From positions 15,660-79,659 of the forward strand of contig JANQRT010000005.1 of the NCBI GenBank assembly GCA_028284385.1: a stretch of DNA of 64,000 nucleotides. Reading direction: 5' to 3'. The translations under genes and the position numbers were made by a program. Below the pieces are notes generated by a model. That model was not told the DNA's origin. It did no database searches and was given only the letters and a program-made list of their open reading frames with translations. Below, piece by piece: positions 40,234-49,730 of the stretch; position 1 is the first letter of the stretch; each line of letters begins with the position of its first letter. Source of the stretch: Opitutaceae bacterium. GTDB lineage: Bacteria; Verrucomicrobiota; Verrucomicrobiia; Opitutales; Opitutaceae.

Positions 40234-40701
40234 TCACATGCCAGGTCCTTGTAGTTGTTTTTGCAATTCAACTTGAAAAGTCTGCAAGTCGTCTTCCGAT
40301 GGCTGATAGCCCTCCTTGCTCGGATCAAGGGCAAGTCGGCCATAGGGATCCACCGTCCAGGTGGCTGTTACGCCATCGCTAAAGGTGACGCTTCCGCTCA
40401 GAGCGGCTCCTGGGCGTTTGATGCGGTCGACTTCAACGGATACGGCGCCGTCTCCTACTAATTCTGGACTGTCGTCTACCAGATCGGTGGTGGCGTTTGC
40501 TGCCATGTTTGAGTCCTCGCTTTCGGCGGGCTTTTCCTCGGGCTTCAGATCGAGATTCAAGTCGTCGAGCAGAAAGCGGGCTTCCATGTAAGTCATGGCG
40601 ATACCGAAGTCCTCATTTATCAGTTTCTGGATGTCGGCTATGGAGTCGCCTTCTTCGAGACGTCGGGCTACGGTTTGCTTCTGCTCGTCGCTAAGATTCA
40701 T
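40234..40701 (-). CDS. hypothetical protein
   Basis: About 155 aa from MNLSDEQKQ. Acidic, with no recognisable motif. Evidence is only ORF length and codon usage similar to its neighbours. Confidence 0.5.
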   Translation of the reverse strand: MNLSDEQKQTVARRLEEGDSIADIQKLINEDFGIAMTYMEARFLLDDLNLDLKPEEKPAESEDSNMAANATTDLVDDSPELVGDGAVSVEVDRIKRPGAALSGSVTFSDGVTATWTVDPYGRLALDPSKEGYQPSEDDLQTFQVELQKQLQGPGM

Positions 40702-40784
40702 ATTGGGAGTTTTTAGAATGCAATTTTGGTCAAGGCGCAACTGTCTTTGTCTGGCAAACCGGAAACTTTCTTCAAGCGGTTTTG

Positions 40785-40818
40785 GGAAATGGAAAACCCT
40801 CCGACCATTGGCGGAGGG
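40785..40818 (-). terminator. probable rho-independent terminator of dnaA
   Basis: Stem CCCTCCG (40797-40803) / CGGAGGG (40812-40818). On the minus strand it is followed by TTTTCCATTTCCC. It lies about 40 nt downstream of the dnaA stop. Confidence 0.5.
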
Positions 40819-40858
40819 CTTTGCAAGAAACAGATGATTACAGGGTTTTGAAAGGGAT

Positions 40859-42241
40859 CTATTTCGAAAGCTGGTTTTTCAAATACTCGAGACTATGACG
40901 CACGGTTTCGTCTTGGTCGATGAGGTTTTCGACCTGACGACAGGCGTGGATGACGGTACCGTGATCACGGCCGCCGAACGCTTCGCCAATTTCCTGCAGA
41001 GAATGTTTGGTGAGTTCCCGGCTCAGATGCATGGCAATCTGCCGAGGCACTGCAATGTGATTGGGACGTCGGCGACTTAGCATGTCGGAGTGACGGAGTT
41101 CAAAATATTCGGCTACCTTTTTCTGGATGGCCTCGATAGTCAGCTGCTGTTTAGCAGCCTCCATAAGCACGTCGCTGAGGAGCATTTCGCAGGTGGAAAT
41201 TTCGAGCGGCTTTCCTGTTAGCGAGGAATAGCTGCATACTTTGATAAGGGCGCCTTCAAGGCGTCGGATGTTCTTAACGATGTGTTGGGCGATGAAGTTG
41301 ATGACTTCGTCGCTTACGTTGAAATTGTGTTGTTCGGCTTTCTTACGAAGGATTGCGACACGCGTTTCGAGATCGGGTGCCTGAATATCCGTGACTAGCC
41401 CCCACTGAAAGCGGGATACTAGGCGACTTTCGAGCTTAGCGATTTCGTTGGCTGGCCTATCGCTGGAGAGAAAGATCTGCTTCTGCTGTTCGAAGAGGTC
41501 GTTGAAGGTATGAAAGAATTCCTCCTGTATTCGTTCTTTCCCGCTGAGAAACTGAACGTCGTCAAGCAGGAGTACGTCCACGCTGCGGTAACGCTGCCGG
41601 AAACGAGTGAGGGTGTTTTCCTGAATGGCGCTGATGAACTCGTTGGTAAACTTCTCGGAGGATAGATAAACGACCCGAGCGTCTTCCTTCGTCTCCAGAA
41701 TATGGTGACCGACGGCGTGCATCAAGTGCGTCTTTCCTAATCCAGTATCACCGTAGAGGAAGAGCGGATTGTAGGCCTCGGCTGGCGAATGAGCGACCGC
41801 GATGGCAGCGGCATGAGCCAGTTGGCTGTTGGAGCCGATGACGAAATTCTCGAAAGTGTTGCGACGATTGAGATTCGCTTCGTGCGGCTTTTGCCCGATC
41901 CGCATTCGAGCAGGCATTCGCTCTTTCCTGTTTTCGGCTTCTCCGCTTCGAGACTCGTTTTGCTCGACGGCAAGGTCGCCTTCGGCGCTCTGGTTCTGTA
42001 ATGAAACGGATACAGGAAATCCTAGAAAACGTTGAAAGGCTTTGGAGAGCAGATCGAGATAGTTATCATTAATCCAGATAGCGGAAAAGTCGTTCTGCAC
42101 GCCAAGGACAACGGTATTACCTTCGGCTTTCAGGCATGAAACAGTAGAGAACCAGCTATCGAAAATATCTTTCGGCAGGAGTTCGGAGAGTTCGGTTTGG
42201 ACTTTTTCCCAGATTTGGGCGGGCTCGGTGACCTGTGGCAT
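40859..42241 (-). CDS. dnaA: chromosomal replication initiator protein DnaA
   Basis: 460 aa with AAA+ Walker A GDTGLGKTHL, Walker B LLLDDVQF, and a C-terminal DNA-binding signature (GGRDHGTVIHACRQV). Confidence 0.96.
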   Translation of the reverse strand: MPQVTEPAQIWEKVQTELSELLPKDIFDSWFSTVSCLKAEGNTVVLGVQNDFSAIWINDNYLDLLSKAFQRFLGFPVSVSLQNQSAEGDLAVEQNESRSGEAENRKERMPARMRIGQKPHEANLNRRNTFENFVIGSNSQLAHAAAIAVAHSPAEAYNPLFLYGDTGLGKTHLMHAVGHHILETKEDARVVYLSSEKFTNEFISAIQENTLTRFRQRYRSVDVLLLDDVQFLSGKERIQEEFFHTFNDLFEQQKQIFLSSDRPANEIAKLESRLVSRFQWGLVTDIQAPDLETRVAILRKKAEQHNFNVSDEVINFIAQHIVKNIRRLEGALIKVCSYSSLTGKPLEISTCEMLLSDVLMEAAKQQLTIEAIQKKVAEYFELRHSDMLSRRRPNHIAVPRQIAMHLSRELTKHSLQEIGEAFGGRDHGTVIHACRQVENLIDQDETVRHSLEYLKNQLSK

Positions 42242-42760
42242 GTGGAGTGGTCGGATAGTTGGCTGTTATTCACATAGCGATTGCTGAGACGGGCCTACCA
42301 TCGATTCTAAGAAGGGACTTTGCGGGAAGATGCCAAGGGTTGAAAGCGAAATTCTGCATTTAAAACAACTTTGCTGAGCCGAAATTGGAAACGGTTGATT
42401 ATGAACAGGATAAATTCTTTGTTGAGGAGCTTGGCAATTTTCCCGGCAATGGGAAAGTCTTCGATTTTAGGAAGAATGATGATAGGTCGAAATCGTGTAA
42501 CAGTAACGTAAAGTGATTCGCTTTTCTCAAGCTATAGTTTTCGACAAGTTGTTAACATCAATCTGATCATAACTTTTTTTGCCGCCTCGCTGCTTTTGAA
42601 GCTCTTCAAACCACCATTGGAAACCGCTTGAAATAAGGTTTTTACGGCGGTCTTGTCTCTCAAGCTTTCTGCCCAGTCTCGCTCCTTAAAGTCGTGTAGT
42701 TAAAATTCTAGCGCAGTTGGCGCGAAACTTTTTTATCGCAAACGGCCTTTCCAATTTCAG

Positions 42761-43747
42761 CTACTGTTTCGTCTCTTCGGCCATCAGGGCGATAAGCCGA
42801 TCATTGAACTCCTTCGCTGGATCGTGGCCTATGCGTTTCAATGCCTGCACCATTGAGGCGACTTCTACTAGACGAGCCATATCTCGGCCTGGTCGAACGA
42901 ACAGTTCCACGTGGGGCACGTCCATGCCTAGAATGGTGTAGTAGTTCTGTTCGAGTCCGGTGCGGTCCTCGTCGGCATCCGGCGTGACGTTTTTTAGTGA
43001 AATGACAAGATCAATACGCTTGTCGGGTCGGACGCTGCGAACGCCAAACATTTCGCCGACATTTATGATGCCGATTCCTCGACATTCCATGTGCCCGAAA
43101 TTCAACTCCATGCTGGAAGCTAGCAATTCGCGTTCGTTGATGAGCTTAACGCACGTCAAGTCATCGGCCACGATACTGTGACCTCGCTCGATCAGAGCTA
43201 ATGCGCATTCGCTTTTGCCTATGCCGCTATCTCCTCTGATCAACACGCCTATCCCCTTTATGTCCATCATCGTTCCATGTTCTGTACTTGAGGGAGCGAA
43301 CTCGCTATCCAGCGCCAGTGTTGCCGCGTTGATATAGTCCATGGTGATCATCGACGTGCGAAAGATCGGTATGCTACGCGTTTCGGCGATGCTTTTCATC
43401 GTAGGCAAGGGATTATAATGGCGAGCAACTACAAAGCAGGGTACGGAACGGTCTACCAGAGCGCTGAGCCTTTCCCTTTGAACTTCCGTTGAAAGGCTTC
43501 GCAGATAGTTCATTTCCGCCGCGCCCAAAACTTGGAGACGCTTGTTGGCGAAGTATTTGAAAAACCCCGTTAGAGCTAGGGAAGGTCGATTGACACTCCC
43601 TTCTTTAATTACCCGCCGCAGGCCGCGTTCTCCGCAGGCAAGCTCCATTTTCAGATGATCCGCATGGGTCTCATAGAAATCCTTCACGGATAGACCGTCT
43701 ATTTTCTTGATCGACTTGGAGTATTGCATGGGGAAGGGAATGAACAA
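42761..43747 (-). CDS. hprK: HPr kinase/phosphorylase
   Basis: 328 aa with the P-loop GDSGIGKSE and the downstream signature region LELNFGHMECRGIGIINV. Confidence 0.9.
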   Translation of the reverse strand: MFIPFPMQYSKSIKKIDGLSVKDFYETHADHLKMELACGERGLRRVIKEGSVNRPSLALTGFFKYFANKRLQVLGAAEMNYLRSLSTEVQRERLSALVDRSVPCFVVARHYNPLPTMKSIAETRSIPIFRTSMITMDYINAATLALDSEFAPSSTEHGTMMDIKGIGVLIRGDSGIGKSECALALIERGHSIVADDLTCVKLINERELLASSMELNFGHMECRGIGIINVGEMFGVRSVRPDKRIDLVISLKNVTPDADEDRTGLEQNYYTILGMDVPHVELFVRPGRDMARLVEVASMVQALKRIGHDPAKEFNDRLIALMAEETKQ

Positions 43748-43824
43748 TGAGCGTCAAGCATGCAGGAAGTTGGCGAGAGTGGAAACCCAAAACCTGCCGT
43801 TGGCGAACGGGAAGCCAAGCCTCT

Positions 43825-44607
43825 TTACATGTTGAAGTTCTCTCCTAGATAGATTTGACGGCTTTGAGGATCGTTTATCAGGAAATCTCTGTCTCCGCTT
43901 GCCAGCACCTTGCCCTCATGAATCAAATAGGCCCTGTCAGTAATGGCAAGGGTGTCGCGAACATTATGGTCTGTAATAAGAATTCCAATACCTCGATTTT
44001 TCAGGGCGAGGACGATTTTCTGAACTTCAGCCACATTGATTGGATCGACTCCGGCAAATGGCTCGTCCATGAGGAGAAAGTCCGGTTGGGTTATGAGGCA
44101 GCGCGCGATTTCGAGGCGTCTTCTTTCGCCCCCGCTCAGCGTGTAAGCTTTCTGGCTGGCAAGCGAAGTAAGTCCCAGGTCCGCCAGCTGCTTCTCGATC
44201 ACGAGTTTTCGTTGGCGTCGATTTAACGGAAGGGTTTCGGCAATGGCTTGAATGTTCTGCCATACAGTCAGCTTCCGAAAAACGCTCGGCTCCTGAGCAA
44301 GGTAGCCGATTCCGAGACGCGCTCTTCTGTGAACCTTCAAATGAGTAATGGGTTTGCGATCGAGCAGAACGAATCCTCGTGTTGCCTCGATGAGTCCGGC
44401 GATCATGTAAAACGTAGTTGTTTTCCCAGCGCCATTAGGACCAAGTAGCCCCACCACTTCTCCCATACCGATATCTAGGCTCGCTCCGTTGACGACGGCT
44501 TTAGAGCCATATTGCTTCACGAGGCCCCTGGCCTCGATCATTTTCGGCTCCTGGTCGGGCGCTTCGGGGACTTCCTCTTCAGCCGTGCTTTCCGAGACTT
44601 CCGACAT
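43825..44607 (-). CDS. lptB: LPS export ABC transporter ATP-binding protein
   Basis: 260 aa: GPNGAGKTTTFYMI, LSGGERRRLEIARCL, LLMDEPFAGVDP. Follows lptC/lptA-like genes. Confidence 0.9.
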   Translation of the reverse strand: MSEVSESTAEEEVPEAPDQEPKMIEARGLVKQYGSKAVVNGASLDIGMGEVVGLLGPNGAGKTTTFYMIAGLIEATRGFVLLDRKPITHLKVHRRARLGIGYLAQEPSVFRKLTVWQNIQAIAETLPLNRRQRKLVIEKQLADLGLTSLASQKAYTLSGGERRRLEIARCLITQPDFLLMDEPFAGVDPINVAEVQKIVLALKNRGIGILITDHNVRDTLAITDRAYLIHEGKVLASGDRDFLINDPQSRQIYLGENFNM

Positions 44608-45254
44608 TATGCGTCAGGAGCTTCCACTCCGCCAGGCGTGTTTTCGTTAATCGGCTCTCCGAGATCACTATCTTCACCAGTTTGAACTGGGGGTTTTACC
44701 GCTTCCTCCATTTGTTCGGGATCGTCTTCGTCGAAACCGAAATCTCTTATCGGAGGACCAACAAATCGAATCAATTCGTTGCCGTTCCCAGGAATGAAGA
44801 TGCGTCCTTTGCCTCTTTCGATAATCAATTCCGGACCCGAAAACGTCACTCCTGCTTGAACCACGACCGGGTTATCATAAAGATGGATACTGTCTTCGTT
44901 GGGCTTCATTTCCAAGCGTCCTGCGGTTGCAGTGCGTTCTGCTTGGGTAATGCTCACGTCGCCTATCGCTACAATTCTCTGAATGGGACTGAAGTCGCCG
45001 ATAGGGGCGTCTTCAGGACCTCGCCTCAAGGTATAGGCCTCTAGCCTGTCGCAACGCATGTCGAGATTGGTTGCCGAGAGCTGTACGTTGTTGTTGAAAA
45101 TGAAGGAAGCGTTAGTCCCGTCATTTTCTACTAATACAGGACCGTTGCATTTGATTTCGGTCTGCCTCAGGGGCTTGTCGTTGGTTTGCGAATACGTCGA
45201 AATCCCAGAAAGGATGGCTGCCAGAACGAGAGCCGGGTAAGATAGAATTTTCAT
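44607..45254 (-). CDS. lptA: LptA/OstA-like periplasmic LPS transport protein
   Basis: 215 aa with a signal peptide and beta-rich OstA_N-like repeats. Its end overlaps the lptB start by 1 nt. The call rests mostly on context. Confidence 0.6.
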   Translation of the reverse strand: MKILSYPALVLAAILSGISTYSQTNDKPLRQTEIKCNGPVLVENDGTNASFIFNNNVQLSATNLDMRCDRLEAYTLRRGPEDAPIGDFSPIQRIVAIGDVSITQAERTATAGRLEMKPNEDSIHLYDNPVVVQAGVTFSGPELIIERGKGRIFIPGNGNELIRFVGPPIRDFGFDEDDPEQMEEAVKPPVQTGEDSDLGEPINENTPGGVEAPDA

Positions 45255-45721
45255 CGGATGATGTCGCCGATTTCCGCGTTTATGACGACTTTAATATTAT
45301 TGTTGATGATTAGACGTTTTTCGGATCCTTGCCAAATCCAATCCTCTCCGACGGCCTTAAACAAGTCGGACTCGATTTGAATTTCTCCAGGACCTGAGGC
45401 GACCAGTGGATTGAGACGCATGTTGGCCTCCGGGCTCTTCATAAGAGCGATCACCTGGTCTGCCTCGTTTCCGGAGTACTGCTGAAGATCCATTCCCACG
45501 ATTTTCACCTCCTTTTCGGCGGTGTAAATTCCCTGCTTGCCTCGCAAATACCAAGCCCTGAATCCCTGCTCGTTGAAAAGGGGCAGCTTGAAATTCTCCA
45601 CCGGAGCATTGAGAGCCTGGCCCAGCGCAAGACTGGCCAGGACGATCGCCAAGGCCAACACGAACGATCGCCTAGCGGTCGAGTTTTTCAGTTGTTCGCA
45701 TCTTCGAAGTTCGCTATTCAT
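45251..45721 (-). CDS. lptC: LptC-like membrane-anchored protein
   Basis: 156 aa with a single N-terminal anchor and a beta-rich body. It sits between kdsC and the lptA-like gene with 4-8 nt overlaps. The call rests on context. Confidence 0.45.
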   Translation of the reverse strand: MNSELRRCEQLKNSTARRSFVLALAIVLASLALGQALNAPVENFKLPLFNEQGFRAWYLRGKQGIYTAEKEVKIVGMDLQQYSGNEADQVIALMKSPEANMRLNPLVASGPGEIQIESDLFKAVGEDWIWQGSEKRLIINNNIKVVINAEIGDIIR

Positions 45722-46259
45722 TCGACGATTGATTTTCCTGGGAACGAGTAGTTAAAATTCTATTACACACTTCGCGTACGGCTCCATTTCCTCCTGATTT
45801 AGAGGTTATGTAGTCAGCGTTCTGCAAGGCAGGCTCTTGGGCCTCGGGAACAGCGATCCCTATTCCCGCTAGTCGAATGGCGTCGGCATCGATGTCGTCG
45901 TCGCCCATATAAGCCGCCTGTTCCATGGTTAGATCAAGTTTATCGAGAAGCTCCTGCAATGCGGCCGCTTTGTCTTTACGACCTTGAATGACGTGTGGAA
46001 TTTTAAGTTCCTTCGCTCGGATGTCGGTGGCTCCCGAGCCTCTTCCCGAAATCCACGCCACTTCCAGCCCTGCCTCGATCAGGCGGACAATTCCCAGCCC
46101 GTCTATGATGGAGAAGCGTTTCGCTTCCGATCCGTCGGAGGAAATAATGATGCTGCCATCCGTCAGTATCCCGTCTACGTCCATCGCGAAGAGCTGGATT
46201 TTGCTCCAGTCTACCTGGTCTGAGAGCTGAGCCATTTTCGTAGTCAATTCTCCATCCAC
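45714..46259 (-). CDS. kdsC: 3-deoxy-D-manno-octulosonate 8-phosphate phosphatase (HAD-IIIA)
   Basis: 181 aa with HAD motif I FAMDVDGILTDG and GDDDID near the C-terminus. Confidence 0.85.
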   Translation of the reverse strand: MDGELTTKMAQLSDQVDWSKIQLFAMDVDGILTDGSIIISSDGSEAKRFSIIDGLGIVRLIEAGLEVAWISGRGSGATDIRAKELKIPHVIQGRKDKAAALQELLDKLDLTMEQAAYMGDDDIDADAIRLAGIGIAVPEAQEPALQNADYITSKSGGNGAVREVCNRILTTRSQENQSSNE

Positions 46260-48298
46260 TCTATTATCGCCTCCAGGATACTGTCCTTGCTTGGTCGATA
46301 GGCGTTCTCAAGTTCCGGAGCAAACGGGACCGGCGTATCTAACGAGGCGATACGCAGTGGCGGAGCTTCCAGGTCGAAAAAACGTTCTTCGACTATTTGC
46401 GAGACCAGTTCGGCTCCAAAGCCCGAATTGCGGCGGCTTTCGGTGATGACGATCAGTCGTCCGGTACGAGAAAGGGATTGCTTGACGGTTTCTAGTTGTA
46501 GTGGAGCCAAGGCTCGCAGGTCGAATAAGTCGCAGGAACAATCGTATTCAAACTCCAAGTACTCAAGAGCGTCGTTGGCTTGGAGGGTCATTTCTCCATA
46601 GGTCACGACCGTGGCGTAGTTTCCGAATCTTCTCAATGCGGGCTTCCAAATCTCTTGATAGCTCGGATCGAATTTGACGGGAGCCTTCAGCGAATGAAAC
46701 AGTTTCTTGTGCTCGAAGACGAGAACCGGGTTGTCGTCTTCGTGGGCCGCGATCAAAGCATTATAAGCATCCTGAGGGGTGCTGGGGTAGAGAAGTTTCA
46801 GTCCTGGCTGATGTAGATAAAAGGCTTCTAAGTCTTCCGAATGGAAGGGACCGAAATTGATGCCTCCCCCGCATGGTAGCCTCAAGACTAATGGGACTTT
46901 GGCTCCCGAGCGGAAATGGTAAGTCGCCGTGTTTAGGGTGATCTGAGTGGTGGCGTCGGTGGCGAAATCGGCGAACTGGAATTCCACGATTGGACGATGT
47001 CCGGTTATAGCGAGGCCTGTGGCGTATCCGACCATTGAAGACTCGCAAATTGGCGTATTGATGACTCTACTACGTCCGAATTCTTTAAAAAGGTTTTCCG
47101 TAAGTTTGAAGGCTCCTCCGTATTCGGCGATGTCCTGCCCCATGACGAGCGACTCAGGAGAATCGGTCAAAATCTTGCGTTGAGCTTCATTAATGGCCTT
47201 TGAAAAAGTCAAGTTAGGGGCTTCTTGGTCCTCTTCCTTTTTCCATTCGATATCCGCTGTCGAGGGGGAGAACACGTCCTTCCGCATGCCGGCTGGTTGA
47301 GGTCCCGGATGCTTTACACACTGCACCAGCGTCGTATCCACAAATTCCTTAAGAATCGCGTCTTCCTTGTCTAGGATATCCTCAAAGCCTTTCTCAACCA
47401 ATCTTTGTCGGAAGTTCGGAAGGCAGTCTTCGCTTTTCCATTTTTCCGACAACTCGGGATCGATGTAATCGCAGGTATCATAGCCGGCATGGCCTCTCAA
47501 GCGAAGGGAATGAGTTTCAATCAGTATAGGCCGACATGTCTCGCGCGTCTCTTCGATCGCCTGCCAGAATCCTTCGAGATTTTTTTCCAAATGAGCGACA
47601 TCCAGTTCCAGTCCTTTCATACCGTAGCCGGCCGCTCTATCCACTAGCTTGCCTGCGTATTGCTCCTCCAGCGGCGTTGAATAGGCGTACTTGTTGTTTT
47701 CGATGACGAAAACGATGGGCAGGTTTAAGACGCTGGCGAAGTTCAAGGTTTCATGAATCTCTCCGGTGCTTGAGGCTCCATCGCCATAGAAAGTCAGACC
47801 AACCGCCTTCAGTCCTTTTCGACGCTGAGAATCCGTCCCGCCCATCACATTGGAAGACATTTTGCCCAGGTGGCTGATCATGGGAAAGCTGCGATTAAGT
47901 GGGTCGCCATGATGGGCGTTCCCTTCGCGTCCCCCGGTTGGGCTGCCCGCGTTTCCCAAGTACTGGCAGAGATGGTCTCCAACGTGCCCGCTCCAAACCA
48001 GATGGCCAGGCAGTCCCCGATGAGTCCAAGATACGCAATCGATTGCTTTATCCAGCATCAAAGCCAGGGGAGCCACGATGCCTTCATTTCCATCCGAGCA
48101 AGTTACGGTTCCCAACATCTTTCCTTGTCGGTAGAGCTCGAAGATTCGCTCGTCGGTGAAACGGCTGTAAGCCATCCATCGATAGACTTTGAGCAAGTCT
48201 TGATCCGAGGGCTTTCCTCCTTCGAGCCTTAAATCCCGATCCAGGAGGATACCTGGGGTCTCAGGATAAGCGATTTGGCTGGAAGCTTGGGTCGGCAT
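46244..48298 (-). CDS. fused 2-oxoacid dehydrogenase E1 component, alpha and beta subunits in one polypeptide
   Basis: 684 aa. The N-terminal half carries the TPP motif GDGASSTGEIHETLNFASVLNLPIVFVIENNKYA. The C-terminal half is E1-beta-like (GQDIAEYGGAFKLT...RVINTPICE...VEFQFADF). Confidence 0.85.
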   Translation of the reverse strand: MPTQASSQIAYPETPGILLDRDLRLEGGKPSDQDLLKVYRWMAYSRFTDERIFELYRQGKMLGTVTCSDGNEGIVAPLALMLDKAIDCVSWTHRGLPGHLVWSGHVGDHLCQYLGNAGSPTGGREGNAHHGDPLNRSFPMISHLGKMSSNVMGGTDSQRRKGLKAVGLTFYGDGASSTGEIHETLNFASVLNLPIVFVIENNKYAYSTPLEEQYAGKLVDRAAGYGMKGLELDVAHLEKNLEGFWQAIEETRETCRPILIETHSLRLRGHAGYDTCDYIDPELSEKWKSEDCLPNFRQRLVEKGFEDILDKEDAILKEFVDTTLVQCVKHPGPQPAGMRKDVFSPSTADIEWKKEEDQEAPNLTFSKAINEAQRKILTDSPESLVMGQDIAEYGGAFKLTENLFKEFGRSRVINTPICESSMVGYATGLAITGHRPIVEFQFADFATDATTQITLNTATYHFRSGAKVPLVLRLPCGGGINFGPFHSEDLEAFYLHQPGLKLLYPSTPQDAYNALIAAHEDDNPVLVFEHKKLFHSLKAPVKFDPSYQEIWKPALRRFGNYATVVTYGEMTLQANDALEYLEFEYDCSCDLFDLRALAPLQLETVKQSLSRTGRLIVITESRRNSGFGAELVSQIVEERFFDLEAPPLRIASLDTPVPFAPELENAYRPSKDSILEAIIEWMEN

Positions 48299-48316
48299 GT
48301 GAAGTTAGCAGAGAAT

Positions 48317-48712
48317 TCAAGGCTTTGGCTGGATTTCAATCGGATTCGCATTGGCGAGAAGAGGCGCGATATCTTCTGGGAAATCGATAAACGTTATCTC
48401 GGGATTCGAGTCCCAAGACCAGGTCTTGCCTAGGACGAATGGCTTCATTGGTTTACCGACTGCGGGAAGTTTTATACCAACTTGGACCTTTGAAATGACC
48501 TGGGCTGACATTCCTTTGGGAGGATCAAGTTGAAATAGACAAATGATCGCCTCTTTAGATTCGTAGGCTTGAATAGCTCTCAACCCCCATCCCGCCGATG
48601 GGGTGGTGATTTCGATGGAATGCTCTTCCATTTCCTCACTCGCTGATTGCGAGCGACAGGAGACTGTTAGGAGGACCAGAATCGGCAAATTGTATAAAAG
48701 AGAACGACTCAT
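48317..48712 (-). CDS. small lipoprotein (hypothetical)
   Basis: Start set at MSRSLLYNLPILVLLTVSC (lipobox LTVSC), which avoids overlap with the upstream gene. No motif recognised. Confidence 0.5.
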   Translation of the reverse strand: MSRSLLYNLPILVLLTVSCRSQSASEEMEEHSIEITTPSAGWGLRAIQAYESKEAIICLFQLDPPKGMSAQVISKVQVGIKLPAVGKPMKPFVLGKTWSWDSNPEITFIDFPEDIAPLLANANPIEIQPKP

Positions 48713-48734
48713 GCGTTTTGCTGGGATCGCTTTT

Positions 48735-49718
48735 CTAGTCGTTGAGTTCCACAAAGCGACTCAGCGCGATATCGATTTCTCCCATGATTTCCTCGTCCAA
48801 GCTTTCCAGTACGTCCAAGGCCTTCAAATTCTCGTCCAGTTGGTCTAATCGCGAAGCTCCGAGAATGACGGTGCTAACATTCTCGTTTTTCAAGCACCAG
48901 GCGATGGCGAGCTGAGGCACCTCGATTCCCAGCTTGTGAGCGATGCTTTTCAGTGTATCCAATACTTCGATAACGCCATGCTCTCGCATTCTTTCGAAAC
49001 GTCGTTTTATGAAATCGTAGGCTGGCATGCTCAATCGACTTCCTTCCGGTATGCTCTCGTTGTATTTTCCAGTCAGTATCCCTGAAGCCAGCGGAGACCA
49101 AACGGTTGTTCCCAAGCCGATCGTTTCATACAGTCTTTTAAACTCCTCCTCGACTTTATGGCGCTTCAGCATGTTGTATTGCGGTTGCTCCATAGTAGGC
49201 GGAGTGAGGTGACGTTCCCGGGCGATGCTATACGCTTCCATGATTTCCGCTGCGCTCCACTCGGACGTTCCCCAGTAGAGAATCTTTCCTTGCTGCACAA
49301 GCGTATCCATTGCTCGAACCGTCTCCTCGATTGGCGTGTTGGGATCGGGTCGATGACAGAAATAAAGATCAAGATAGTCCACCCGCAATCGTCTTAGGGC
49401 TGCATGACAGGCTTCGACGACGTGCTTTCGACTGAGCCCTTCCTGGTTTGGCTTGTCGCCTCCCCAGAAAACTTTACTCGATAGAACGAACGTGTCTCGA
49501 GGCCAGGCGAACTTGTCTAGGATCGAGCCCATTACTTCTTCCGACCTGCCGCCCGCATAGGACTCCGCGTTATCGAAAAAATTGATACCGGCATCGTAGG
49601 CCTTTTGCATGCAAGCTTCCGCTACCGAATTGCCTATCTGATCGCCAAAGGTCACCCACGAGCCGAATGACAATGCGCTCACTTGGAGACCGGATTTGCC
49701 TAAGCGTCTGTATAGCAT
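48735..49718 (-). CDS. aldo/keto reductase (Kv-beta/Tas-like)
   Basis: 327 aa: GINFFDNAESYAGGRSE, and a TIM-barrel AKR pattern along its whole length. Confidence 0.88.
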   Translation of the reverse strand: MLYRRLGKSGLQVSALSFGSWVTFGDQIGNSVAEACMQKAYDAGINFFDNAESYAGGRSEEVMGSILDKFAWPRDTFVLSSKVFWGGDKPNQEGLSRKHVVEACHAALRRLRVDYLDLYFCHRPDPNTPIEETVRAMDTLVQQGKILYWGTSEWSAAEIMEAYSIARERHLTPPTMEQPQYNMLKRHKVEEEFKRLYETIGLGTTVWSPLASGILTGKYNESIPEGSRLSMPAYDFIKRRFERMREHGVIEVLDTLKSIAHKLGIEVPQLAIAWCLKNENVSTVILGASRLDQLDENLKALDVLESLDEEIMGEIDIALSRFVELND

Positions 49719-49730
49719 TTTCTAATTTAG

